From positions 32,001-96,000 of the forward strand of contig JBBILD010000010.1 in assembly GCA_037445065.1 (NCBI GenBank): a stretch of DNA of 64,000 nucleotides. The letters run 5' to 3'. This DNA comes from Myxococcales bacterium (GTDB taxonomy: Bacteria > Desulfobacterota > Binatia > HRBIN30). Numbering within the stretch: position 1 is the first letter of the stretch; each line of letters begins with the position of its first letter. A program made the position numbers and the translations under genes. Below the pieces are notes generated by a model. It saw only the letters and a program-made list of their open reading frames with translations, ran no database searches and was not told the origin of the DNA. Below are positions 30,080 through 39,687 of the stretch, piece by piece.

Positions 30080-30700
30080 TCAGGGCTGCGGAGCCCCACC
30101 GGCTACACTTTGCAAGACTCGATAGCCGTGCCATAGGCGCTGCGCCGCTGTGACCAACCCCAGCAAGCCGTACACGATGCAAAGCGGCGCCAGCCATCGT
30201 GGAAGCAGCAAGGCAACGGTGCAAAACAGCAGCGCCTCGCTGCGCTCGAGGAGACCCGGAGGATACGCGATCAACTTGCCGCTCGGGTGACGGCTGGCCG
30301 CGCCCACCGCCAAAAACACCGTAATGTTCACGTACCACGTGGCGAGCAAAAACAAGGCAGCAGGCTGGACGTCTGGACGCGGCAACGAAAGAGCCAGCAA
30401 CACAGCTCCCTCGACCATTCGATCGAACACGAGGTCCAAGACCCCACCCCAGGGAGTGACCCCTTTGCCGAGCCGTGCCACTCGTCCATCCACTGCGTCC
30501 AAAACTCCGGAGACGACCAGCAACACCCAACCAGCTGCGAACTGCTGGGCCCAGAACAGAGCCGCCGCAGCGAGCCCACTTCCCAGCGCAAGCACGGTAA
30601 GCCAGTTGGCAGCAATCTCACGGCGCACGCAGGCGCGTGCCATTCGGTCGAGCACGCCGCCCACAAGACTCTCCGAGCGGCCCAAATACGTGTCGAGCAT
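30080..30700 (-). CDS. CDP-alcohol phosphatidyltransferase family protein
   Basis: ANWLT and the signature DAVDGRVAR...G.VLDLVFDR. Confidence 0.9.
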   Translation of the reverse strand: MLDTYLGRSESLVGGVLDRMARACVRREIAANWLTVLALGSGLAAAALFWAQQFAAGWVLLVVSGVLDAVDGRVARLGKGVTPWGGVLDLVFDRMVEGAVLLALSLPRPDVQPAALFLLATWYVNITVFLAVGAASRHPSGKLIAYPPGLLERSEALLFCTVALLLPRWLAPLCIVYGLLGLVTAAQRLWHGYRVLQSVAGGAPQP

Positions 30701-31533
30701 GGAAGCTTGCACTGCCCGATCCGGCGCCAGAAATCCACCGGTGCTCCCCAGTTTGATTTGCTCCCGCGCAGCCCTCCCCAGTTGGCGTCGCACCGTGGCT
30801 CAGCAATTCTGCTGGCAGCCGCTCCCCTGCAGCGCACGGGATCCAACCATGCGACCACGGCAAGCGACCGCCACACAGTGGGGCCATCTACCCGGCCTCG
30901 GCGCGTTTTCCGGGCCAGCATCACCGACTGCGCTGATTGACAACCAACAGCCGGCGGGCCCGCCCGAGCCACACCGCAGCGGTCGTTGCGCCTCGGCTAA
31001 GACGCGATCCCGCGAGGGAACGAGAGAGGCAGCCCACGAACAGAGAAGCGGCGAGTCGCGCCTGGGCAAAACCGACTGGCTGGCACCAACCGTAGCGGTG
31101 GCCACCACACCGTGGTTCTCCCGTTTCTTCAGCGGCCACCAGAGCACGGTCGGGTGCGACGAGCTACGACCGTGACGGTGCGGCCCCGGCGTGTTCTCAG
31201 CATCGCAGGGCACCCGCTGTGACCCGCGATGTTTGCAGCGCACGGGGAGCCGCAGAATTACGGTCGCATGCGCTCCTTCTAGGCCAGCCACCTTCCACGC
31301 AGCACCCGTGTTCGACGCCTGCCCAGCGTGCCACTTGTTTTGGGTCCGGCTTCGCGCCGCTGGCGTTGCCCGCTCCGGCGGGACCGGGCACATCGCGCGA
31401 TGCGGCCTTAGCGACCTGCAATTCTGAAGCCCTTCTCCCAGCGCGAGCTCTTGACCGGCTAGTGCTGCCGCCCTACCCTCGCCGCCATTCTCGCCCCCAA
31501 ATCTACGAGGGCAATGGCAGCAAAGGAGAAACG

Positions 31534-32544
31534 ATGACTGTCCGAACCGCGTGTACCGTGCTTGGCACCGCTGGATTGCTGTTCGCCTGTGGCGCGCCGA
31601 GTTTTGCCGACGAGGTGGTCGCCAAGGTGGGCTCGACAAGCATCACCCGAGCGCAGTTGGAGAAGCACGTAAAGGCCAAGCTCATCCAGCTCGATCAGCA
31701 ACGATTCCAAATTTTACAGGAGGGTCTGGAGGAACTCATCGCCAACGAGCTGTACGAGCAGGAGGCCAAAGCGCGCGGGCTCTCGCTCGAGGCCCTAGTG
31801 AAGCAAGAGTTGGAGGGGAAAGTCCCCGCCCCGAGCGAAGAAGAGCTGCAAAAGCTTTACGACGACAACAAGGAGGACCTCGAAGGGCAAACCCTAGAAC
31901 AACTCAGGCCGCAGCTTACCGAGTATCTCCGCCAGCAGAAGCTCAGTGAACGGCATCAGGCGTTCCTGAATGAACTCAAGAAGAAGTACAAGACTTCCGT
32001 CTCCCTGCGGCCGCCCGTGGTGGCAGTGAGCGATGGCGGTCGGCCTGCTCGGGGGCCAGCCAAGGCGCCGGTGACCATCATCGAGTTTTCGGACTACGAG
32101 TGCCCGTTTTGCAAGCGCGCGTCTTCAACGGTGGCCGAAGTGCTCAAGCACTACGGTGACAAAGTGCGCTTTGTCCATCGCGACTTCCCGCTGAGCTTCC
32201 ACCAGCACGCGCGCTTGGCTGCGGAAGCTGCCGCCTGCGCGAACGCCCAAGGCAAGTTCTGGGAGTACCACGACCGGCTGTGGAAGGTAGACGCCCTGTC
32301 CGAGTCACGGCTCAAGGAACTCGCCAAGGAAACCGGCTTGGACCAGGCAAAATTCGACGACTGCTTGCAAAAAAGGCCGCACGCGAGCGAGATTGATCGA
32401 GACATCGCGGAGGCACAAGAGGCGGGTGTGAATGGCACGCCTGCGTTTTTTATCAATGGCCGGATGCTGTCCGGAGCACAGCCATTCGAGGCATTCAAAC
32501 AACTGATTGACGAAGAACTCGCGCGAGCGGGACAACAGAGCTGA
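31534..32544 (+). CDS. SurA-N domain plus DsbA-like thioredoxin protein
   Basis: Signal peptide, VVAKVG, IEFSDYECPFC, DFPL, GVNGTPAFFING, GAQP. RBS AAGGAG. Confidence 0.92.
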   Translation: MTVRTACTVLGTAGLLFACGAPSFADEVVAKVGSTSITRAQLEKHVKAKLIQLDQQRFQILQEGLEELIANELYEQEAKARGLSLEALVKQELEGKVPAPSEEELQKLYDDNKEDLEGQTLEQLRPQLTEYLRQQKLSERHQAFLNELKKKYKTSVSLRPPVVAVSDGGRPARGPAKAPVTIIEFSDYECPFCKRASSTVAEVLKHYGDKVRFVHRDFPLSFHQHARLAAEAAACANAQGKFWEYHDRLWKVDALSESRLKELAKETGLDQAKFDDCLQKRPHASEIDRDIAEAQEAGVNGTPAFFINGRMLSGAQPFEAFKQLIDEELARAGQQS

Positions 32545-32628
32545 ACTGCACCGTTGCGTTGGAAACCGAAGCGCGTGCGCGCGCGTGGCCAACGGATACG
32601 CGGCGAATGCCGGCAAGGGAGGGCGAAG

Positions 32629-33420
32629 ATGCAGCGAGCAAGCCTACGCTTGGTAGTAGTGGCGCTAGCAGTGGCGGTGGGTGGGCCCCGAATCAGTAAC
32701 GCTCAGGACCCGGAAACTCTGTACCGCCGGGCGGTGCAAGCGTTGTTGCGCACGACCTTCGAAGCCAAGGGGTCGGTGCAAAGCAGTGGCGGGGCGAGCG
32801 GCGAGTTTTTGCTGCGCTGCTCGTTTGCCGATGGCATACTGCGCACTTGGATCGAAGTGCAAAAACCGGCTGACCAGCGCGGCCAGCGCTTTTTGCTGTG
32901 GAACCGCCTCGACGGCAAGAGCGAAGGCTGGTGGTACGACCCCAAGACGAAACAGGTGAAGGAGCTGGACGCGGCAGGCTGGAAGCAGCCCTTTCTAAAA
33001 TCGGATTTTCTGCTCGGCGACTTTCTCTTCGTGGGAACGAGCGACCATCGCGTCGAACTGGGCGGGGAAGAACGATACGGCGGTGAAACCTTCACCGTGG
33101 TCCACCTTTACGCGAAGAACCCGAGCGAGGCGCTTTACCCGCACCGGGCCTACTCCGTGGATCCGCGCCAAAACGTACTGCTGCGCGCGCTCTACTTCGA
33201 TGCGCAGGACAAACCTGCGAAACGCTGGGTCGCGGAGAAGCTCGAGCGGCGCGGTAGCGAGTGGTTCCCCACTGAGCAAAAAATCCTTCTCGTGGGCGGC
33301 AACACGCAGGCGAGTAGCTCGCTTCGGCTGACCGAACTCCGTTTCGAGCCAGAGCTTTCAAAAGACGCGTTCGAGAAGTCTGCGCTGAGCGCCCCGCCCA
33401 AACCCACCCCGAAACCGTGA
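32629..33420 (+). CDS. outer-membrane lipoprotein-sorting (LolA-like) protein
   Basis: Signal peptide; KPADQRGQRFL...WWYDP..KQVK...PFLKSDF..D pattern of the LolA_like family. Confidence 0.75.
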   Translation: MQRASLRLVVVALAVAVGGPRISNAQDPETLYRRAVQALLRTTFEAKGSVQSSGGASGEFLLRCSFADGILRTWIEVQKPADQRGQRFLLWNRLDGKSEGWWYDPKTKQVKELDAAGWKQPFLKSDFLLGDFLFVGTSDHRVELGGEERYGGETFTVVHLYAKNPSEALYPHRAYSVDPRQNVLLRALYFDAQDKPAKRWVAEKLERRGSEWFPTEQKILLVGGNTQASSSLRLTELRFEPELSKDAFEKSALSAPPKPTPKP

Positions 33421-34544
33421 GGTACGCCGGGCCCTGCAGGCAACGAACGCGGCCGTGCATGAACGCCGCCTGGTACGCTGCAGCCGCCTGCCCCCGCGCT
33501 GTCTGCTTCACCCGCACCGCTCGAGGCAAGCGCACTGCTTCCGTGTCCGATTGCGCGCCGGGTCTTACCCGCTGGGCCTTCGCCCGACTCGCAACTGCCT
33601 GCGTCGGCTTGTTCGTCCCCTCGCTGCTGGCTGCGCACTCGTTCTTCCCGATCCAAGTGCTGCTGCGCGAACCCTCTCCCAATCTGTGGCTTGTGCAGTG
33701 GTCTTACGGGCCGCTTGCCACTCTGCCCCGGATCTCCCTTTTACTGCCTGAGGGGTGCAGCCCGAGACAAATCGACTTCCCGAACTCGAGCCGCGTCTCC
33801 TGTTCGGCGCCAGGGCTTGCGGAGGCGACCTTGCGGTTCGTTCAGCCCGAACCTTCCGCAGCCGAGCTATGGGTCCGCGCTGAGTTCTTTGACGGCAAGC
33901 CCGTAGCCGGCCCAGTTCCTGCAGAGCGCCTGGAGTTCTGGCTTTTTCATCCCGAGCGGTTGCCGCTTGCGCGGATCGTGCCCCTCTACGTGCGGCTCGG
34001 CATCGGGCACATCCTGGAGGGGTGGGACCATTTGCTCTTCCTGCTTGGCTTGCTTCTCGGCGTCACCCGGCTTGCAGCCGTGGCGGGGGCAGTTACGGCC
34101 TTTACTGCCGCGCACACGCTTTCGCTCGCCGCCACCAGTGTGCGCGTGTTGCGTTTCTCCCAGCCTCTAGTGGAGATCCTGATTGCGCTGAGTATCGTGC
34201 TTGTCGCGCGCGAGCGGATGCGCGAAGGTACACTGACTTCCGCCAGCTACCGGCGCACGGTTGCACTGGCGTTTGCGTTTGGGCTCGTACACGGCCTCGG
34301 TTTCAGTGGGGCGCTGCGCGAACTCGGGGTTCCGCAACAGTCCCTGTTGTGGGCATTAGCTGCTTTTAATGTCGGCGTCGAGGTCGGCCAACTCGGTTTT
34401 GTGATCGCCCTCTTACCGCTACTCGCTCTCTGGCAACGCGCAGCGGCTGGCCGGGCGCTTGTTGGGCGTTTTCCGGCCTTCGCGGTGGGCGTTGCGGGTG
34501 CCTATTGGACCCTGAAGCGCGCTGTGGCCTTGTGGTCCTCTTGA
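33417..34544 (+). CDS. HupE/UreJ family protein (HupE_UreJ_2); true start may be downstream
   Basis: LGIGHILEGWDHLLFL, TAFTAAHTLSL, FGLVHGLGFSG, FNVGVEVGQ. Confidence 0.9.
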   Translation: MRYAGPCRQRTRPCMNAAWYAAAACPRAVCFTRTARGKRTASVSDCAPGLTRWAFARLATACVGLFVPSLLAAHSFFPIQVLLREPSPNLWLVQWSYGPLATLPRISLLLPEGCSPRQIDFPNSSRVSCSAPGLAEATLRFVQPEPSAAELWVRAEFFDGKPVAGPVPAERLEFWLFHPERLPLARIVPLYVRLGIGHILEGWDHLLFLLGLLLGVTRLAAVAGAVTAFTAAHTLSLAATSVRVLRFSQPLVEILIALSIVLVARERMREGTLTSASYRRTVALAFAFGLVHGLGFSGALRELGVPQQSLLWALAAFNVGVEVGQLGFVIALLPLLALWQRAAAGRALVGRFPAFAVGVAGAYWTLKRAVALWSS

Positions 34545-34608
34545 GCGCAAACCAGTTGCTTGCAAAGCCGGAGCGCGGCATAACGCGGCCGCGGGAGGGA
34601 TGTCCCAC

Positions 34609-36777
34609 ATGAGGCGATGGCAACGGTGGCGTGTGGTTGCGGGCTTGAGCATCCTGCTTTCCTTTGGCGCTCCGTTCCCGATCCGAGCCGGGGCAAGCTG
34701 TGTGGGTGACTGTGACGGCTCCGCCAGCGTGACGGTGGACGAACTCGTGCTTTTGGTCAGCATTGCCTTGGGCGAGCAGCCGCTCGACGTGTGCGCCGTG
34801 GGCGATGCGAGCGGAGACAGGGTCGTCACCGTAGATGAGATCGTGCACGCCGTGCAGGTGGCTCTTACCGGCTGCCCCGCCCCCCCCACCCCCACGCCTG
34901 TGCTTTGCCAAGACTTCGCGCCGGAGCGGCGGGTGTTTTTTGGCGATTTGCACGTGCACACCACGTACTCCTTCGATGCCCACATGTGGGACGTGCGCGC
35001 CACACCTGAGGACGCCTACCGCTTCGCACGTGGGGAACCGCTCGACATCCCACCGTTCGATGCAGAAGGCAACGGCGCTCGAACGGTGCAAATTGACCGG
35101 CCTCTGGACTTTGTGGCCGTTACCGATCATGCCGAGTACTTAGGCGAGGTCGAGATTTGCTCTGTGCCCGGGTCACCCGGCTACGATACGCCAAACTGCG
35201 ACCTCTTCCGCCGCGGCGGCAACCAAGGGGTTGCCGAATTTGGCATTGCCATGACCCGCTCGAATCCGCGCCGCTTTCTCGACGTTTGTGGCGCTGATGG
35301 CCGTCGCTGCACGAGCACCGCCGGGCAGGTCTGGCAACGCGTGCAACGGGCGGCTGAGCGAGCCTACGAGCCGTGCACCTTCACGAGCTTTATCGCCTAC
35401 GAGTACAGTAACTCGCTCGCGGCCAGCACCCGGCACCGCAATGTGATCTTCAAGCACTCGGCAGTGCCCTTCCCCATCAGCACCTTCGAAGAGCGGTCAC
35501 CCCAAGGTCTGTGGAGCGCGCTCGAGCGCAATTGCGTCGGCGCGGGCACCGGCTGCGATGTGGTGGTGATTCCGCACAATTCCAATGAGAGCAACGGGCG
35601 CATGTTCTTGGTGGAGTACCCTGGCGCCGAAACCGTGGAGGAGCAACGACTGCAAGCGGAGTTTCGTGCCCGCTTCGAGCCGTTGGTGGAAATCTACCAG
35701 CACAAGGGAAACTCGGAGTGCTTCAACGGGCTTTCCGGGATCGTTGGCCAACCAGATGAAGCGTGCGAATTCGAGCGCCGCCGTGTGCGCCCCGCTCCCG
35801 ACTGTGGCGACGGCGTGGGGACCCTGGGCGCCGCCGGTGAAGGCTGCATCTCGCGCCGCGACTACGTGCGCAACGTGCTCTTGTTGGGTCTGCAAGAGTT
35901 TTTGCGCATCGGCGCCAACCCGTACTTGCTCGGCTTCATTGGCAGCACCGACACCCACAACGCAACCCCCGGTCTCGTTTTCGAAGAGACCTTCACCGGG
36001 CATCAAGGAGCGAACGATTCGAGCCCCGCGGTGCAGCTAGGATCCGGCACCCTGACGGACGGCGGCATCACCTTTAGCCCCGGGGGCTTGGCGGCCGTGT
36101 GGGCCGAGCAGAACACGCGGGAGAGCATCTTTGCCGCCCTGCGGCGGCGCGAAACCTTCGCCACCAGCGGACCGCGGATCACTGTGCGGGTCTTCGGAGG
36201 CTACGAGCTACCAGCGGACTGGTGCGAGCGCAGCGACTTGGTCACTGTCGGCTACCAGAGCGGCGTCCCCATGGGCGGGTTCCTCGACTCACCTACCGCT
36301 GCGCAAGCGCGGCCCCGCCTTGCGATTGCGGCACAAATGGACCCAGGGACTCCCTCCCGCCCCGGCACTCTCCTGCAACGGTTGCAAGTGGTGAAAGGCT
36401 GGGTCGCAAATGGAGAAGCCCAGTACCGGGTCTACGACGTGGCTGGACGGAGCGACAGTGCCGCGGATGTAGACCTCGCCACCTGCACGCCGCGCGGGCC
36501 CGGGTTCACATCGCTGTGCACGGTGTGGGAAGATCCCGAGTTCGACCCGAGCGTGCCGGCGTTCTATTACGTTCGAGTACTGGAGAATCCTTCCTGCCGG
36601 TGGCACACGTACTTGTGCAATCGCCTCCCGGCTGAGCAGCGCCCGCCTGCGTGCAGCGACCCCAACGTTCCGGCAACGCTACAAGAGCGTGCCTGGACCT
36701 CTCCGATTTGGTATTTGCCGCTCTCGGGCAGCACAGCTGCCCGAGAGCGGCGCAAGCAGGTCGCTCAGCGCAACTGA
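34609..36777 (+). CDS. DUF3604 (PHP-like metallo-hydrolase) with N-terminal dockerin-like CxGDC module
   Basis: FFGDLHVHTTYSFDA, LDFVAVTDHAE, IPHNSNES, EIYQHKGNSE, GSTDTH, FATSGPRI, QERAWTSPIW. Confidence 0.9.
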   Translation: MRRWQRWRVVAGLSILLSFGAPFPIRAGASCVGDCDGSASVTVDELVLLVSIALGEQPLDVCAVGDASGDRVVTVDEIVHAVQVALTGCPAPPTPTPVLCQDFAPERRVFFGDLHVHTTYSFDAHMWDVRATPEDAYRFARGEPLDIPPFDAEGNGARTVQIDRPLDFVAVTDHAEYLGEVEICSVPGSPGYDTPNCDLFRRGGNQGVAEFGIAMTRSNPRRFLDVCGADGRRCTSTAGQVWQRVQRAAERAYEPCTFTSFIAYEYSNSLAASTRHRNVIFKHSAVPFPISTFEERSPQGLWSALERNCVGAGTGCDVVVIPHNSNESNGRMFLVEYPGAETVEEQRLQAEFRARFEPLVEIYQHKGNSECFNGLSGIVGQPDEACEFERRRVRPAPDCGDGVGTLGAAGEGCISRRDYVRNVLLLGLQEFLRIGANPYLLGFIGSTDTHNATPGLVFEETFTGHQGANDSSPAVQLGSGTLTDGGITFSPGGLAAVWAEQNTRESIFAALRRRETFATSGPRITVRVFGGYELPADWCERSDLVTVGYQSGVPMGGFLDSPTAAQARPRLAIAAQMDPGTPSRPGTLLQRLQVVKGWVANGEAQYRVYDVAGRSDSAADVDLATCTPRGPGFTSLCTVWEDPEFDPSVPAFYYVRVLENPSCRWHTYLCNRLPAEQRPPACSDPNVPATLQERAWTSPIWYLPLSGSTAARERRKQVAQRN

Positions 36778-37619
36778 ATCGCGGAGTTGCTGATCACGGG
36801 AGTGTCGCGTTCCTTTGTCTTGGCGGAGATGACGATCTTGCCCCCTTCGCGCCACATCGAGGTGACGATCGTCTCGCCGGGGAACACCACTCCGGAGAAG
36901 CGCGCGCCGTACGCAGCGACCTTGTCCACCGCGCCGTCGAGCAGCGTGTCCACCACCGCTTTACAGACGATTCCAAACGAACACAGCCCGTGCAGAATGG
37001 GGCGATCGAAGCCAGCGAGTTGCGCAAACTCGGGATCGCAGTGCAACGGATTCTTGTCGCCCGAAAGCCGGTAAATGAGCGCTTGATGCGGCATCGTGGG
37101 TGACTCGACGACCGCGTCTGGGGCACGGTTCGGCACCTCGTGCTGTGCCTTAGGGCCAGGGTCCCCTCCGAATCCCCCTTCGCCGCGCGCAAAGATGGTA
37201 AAGCGGTTGGTAAACAGCGGCTCCCCATTTTGCTCCCGCGTCGCCACCTCGAGCACGATGAGAGCCGCCTTGCCCTTGTCGTAAATTCCCGCCACCCGCG
37301 CTTCGTTCTGAATCGCTGCCGAGGTTGGCAACGGGCGGTGCAGGGAAATTTCCTGCTCGCCATGGAGCACCATGGCCAAGTTGATGTTGATCCCAGGGAT
37401 GTTGTTCATCCCGCCGAGAGCGCCAAAGACCGGGATGACCGCAAAGCTCGGCAATACTTTCAGGTAGCGCTCGTAAGTATATTCGAGCTCTTTCCGATCG
37501 GTGGGTTTGTTCATCCCGGCACCGATTCCCAGGTGGTACAGGATCACTTGATCCGCATTCCACGCCCCGGTGGTTGCCGGAAGCTTCGCTCCCAGCGCCT
37601 TTTGCACATCAATCGGCAT
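36765..37619 (-). CDS. MaoC-type double-hotdog (R)-specific enoyl-CoA hydratase
   Basis: YHLGIG, LHGEQ, YRLSGDKNPLHCDP, ILHGLC, VFPGET. Confidence 0.92.
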   Translation of the reverse strand: MPIDVQKALGAKLPATTGAWNADQVILYHLGIGAGMNKPTDRKELEYTYERYLKVLPSFAVIPVFGALGGMNNIPGININLAMVLHGEQEISLHRPLPTSAAIQNEARVAGIYDKGKAALIVLEVATREQNGEPLFTNRFTIFARGEGGFGGDPGPKAQHEVPNRAPDAVVESPTMPHQALIYRLSGDKNPLHCDPEFAQLAGFDRPILHGLCSFGIVCKAVVDTLLDGAVDKVAAYGARFSGVVFPGETIVTSMWREGGKIVISAKTKERDTPVISNSAIQLR

Positions 37620-37712
37620 CGCTCTCGCTCCTTTCCCCAAGAAACTCGCCTGCCATTCAGGCAGCCCCGATCGGTTGCCACGAGGCACGGCTTTGCGCAA
37701 GGGTAGCTACGC

Positions 37713-38930
37713 ATGGCAGCCGTGCGCACTCTCGCTCCGCAGGGACCCACCGACCCTCCCCTGCAGGGGTTCGCCCGCCGCTTTCGCCTCGTGGACTTTG
37801 CGGCCACCCGACAACCCCATTTTCGCAACCACGTGGTGTCGGTCGAACAAGTGCGCGCACTGCTCGACCGCTACGGTCCGGACGACTGCTTCTCTTCCAT
37901 CTTTTTCTTCTCCCATGAGATCCTGCTGTATCTCGAAGAGCATCGCGTAGCCGGCCGCCCTTCGCTCGCCGGCTACGACGGGCCTGTCTGGGCTCCCTTC
38001 CTCCCGATCGACATTGACGGCGAGCCGAGCGAACAGGGAGCCGAGCAAGCTCTGGCCATGGCGCGTGCCACGGTGGCCTTGCTGCGTTCTCGTTGGCAGG
38101 TGCCCGAGGCCGCGCTGCACGTCTACTTCAGCGGCGCGAAAGGATTCCACGTGTTGATTGACACGCGGGTCTTCGGGCGCGTTCCTCCGGCCAATGACCT
38201 GCACCGCGTGTTTTCTTACGCGCGCGCCGCACTCGCGTGCGACCTACCAACCTTCGAACATGCGCGCTTCGATTTGAGCATCGGCGACAAAGTGCGGCTC
38301 TTACGCCTGCCCAACACCCGCCACTCGCGCAGCCTGTTGTTCAAAGTGCCCCTCGAACTCGAGGAACTGGACCGACTCGCCATGGCAGAAATCCGCCAAC
38401 TCGCCGTTTCACCCCGTCCCCTGCGGCGAACAGCGTACGCCGGACTTCTACCCACGCAGGTAGTGACTGCGGTCAGCGTTGCGCACCAACTTCTCCAGCG
38501 CGCCCGGCGGGAGGCACGCCGGTACCGCGTGCACCCCTACCGGTTGCCAACGCCTCCGTCGTCCGCAGAAGAGGCGCTTTGCCCGGCCCGTCAAGCCATG
38601 GCCAGCGCCGACGTTCCCGTCGGGCTCCGCAACAACGTCGCCATTCGCCTCGCCTCCGCCCTGCGCCGGGCCGGCTACCAGCGCGAGTTCGTCACCCAGT
38701 TTTTGCTCGACTGGAACCACCGCCTCCATCACCCCCTGCCCGAGCGGGAGGTCCTCGCTGTGGTGCGCTCGGCCTTTGCGCGGCCGTATCCATACAATTA
38801 CGGCTGCCACGACGAAGTGATTCGCTCCTTCTGTCCCTTTCGCGAGCACCTCCTCGACTGCGAGTTCTACCGCGCTCAACACCGCAAAGCGGGCGGCCTG
38901 GGAGAAGCCGGGAGTCCGACGGACACCTAA
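37713..38930 (+). CDS. archaeo-eukaryotic primase (AEP) primase-polymerase with PriCT-like C-terminal domain
   Basis: Motif I PIDID, motif II FSGAKGFHV, motif III FD followed by RLLRLPNTRH. C-terminal GLRNN.AIRLA...WN...PL.EREV...VRSA. Confidence 0.85.
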   Translation: MAAVRTLAPQGPTDPPLQGFARRFRLVDFAATRQPHFRNHVVSVEQVRALLDRYGPDDCFSSIFFFSHEILLYLEEHRVAGRPSLAGYDGPVWAPFLPIDIDGEPSEQGAEQALAMARATVALLRSRWQVPEAALHVYFSGAKGFHVLIDTRVFGRVPPANDLHRVFSYARAALACDLPTFEHARFDLSIGDKVRLLRLPNTRHSRSLLFKVPLELEELDRLAMAEIRQLAVSPRPLRRTAYAGLLPTQVVTAVSVAHQLLQRARREARRYRVHPYRLPTPPSSAEEALCPARQAMASADVPVGLRNNVAIRLASALRRAGYQREFVTQFLLDWNHRLHHPLPEREVLAVVRSAFARPYPYNYGCHDEVIRSFCPFREHLLDCEFYRAQHRKAGGLGEAGSPTDT

Positions 38931-39117
38931 GCACCCGTCGCCGCAGCCGAAGCCGCTCGGGCGCAGTGGGGCCACACCGCACACAAATATGTCGAAATGG
39001 GGACGTGACAGAGGTCAGCCTTGCTAGCCGGCCCTTTTCACTGCACCCGGTGGCGTTTAAGCTCGCGCCGCTCTGCTGGTGCGACAGTTCATACGGGGAG
39101 AGGCTGCTTTGCTCGGA

Positions 39118-39687
39118 ATGAAGCCACGGCGGCTCTTGTGGCTGATAACCGTGTTGGGACTAGGAACGCTGGTGGCGGCACAAAATCCGCCGGAAGGAGG
39201 AGCAACGATGGCAATGATGATTCGATCGGCCGCGTTCGACGACCACGGGGCCATCCCGGCCAAGTACACATGCGACGGCGAGGACGTCTCGCCACCGCTG
39301 TCGTGGTCCGGCGTGCCCCAGAAGGCGAAAAGCTTGGTGCTAATCGTTGACGACCCAGACGCGCCCGATCCAGCCAACCCGCGCATGACCTGGGTCCACT
39401 GGGTACTCTACAACCTGCCGCCGGACAGCACGGGCTTGCCGGAAGCGGTCAAGCCCGAGCAACTGCCCAAGGGTACACGGCAGGGTCTCAACGATTGGAA
39501 GCGTACTGGCTACGGTGGCCCATGTCCTCCGGTGGGACGCCACCGCTATTTCTTTAAGCTTTACGCGCTCGACACCGTACTGCCCGACTTGGGGGAGGCA
39601 ACCAAAGCGCAACTCGAGCGAGCCATGGTGGACCACGTCCTTAGCCAAGCGCAAATCGTCGGCACCTACGAGCGGAAAAAAAGTTAA
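39118..39687 (+). CDS. YbhB/YbcL (PEBP, Raf kinase inhibitor-like) protein
   Basis: YTCDGEDVSPPL, DDPDAP, WVHW, GYGGPCPP, HRYFFKLYALD. Confidence 0.95.
   Translation: MKPRRLLWLITVLGLGTLVAAQNPPEGGATMAMMIRSAAFDDHGAIPAKYTCDGEDVSPPLSWSGVPQKAKSLVLIVDDPDAPDPANPRMTWVHWVLYNLPPDSTGLPEAVKPEQLPKGTRQGLNDWKRTGYGGPCPPVGRHRYFFKLYALDTVLPDLGEATKAQLERAMVDHVLSQAQIVGTYERKKS

Noticed and set aside
37684..37696. GGCACGGCTTTGC sigma54-like motif upstream of the primase
   Set aside because: GG-to-GC spacing is 9 nt rather than the required 10.
37713..38930. CRISPR-associated primase (CAPP) or prophage interpretation of the AEP gene
   Set aside because: No repeat-spacer array, cas genes, integrase, att-like repeats or phage genes seen in the window.
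39004..39019. Weak CRP-like site CGTGA-N6-TCAGC upstream of ybhB
   Set aside because: Only 7/10 match, which is expected by chance.
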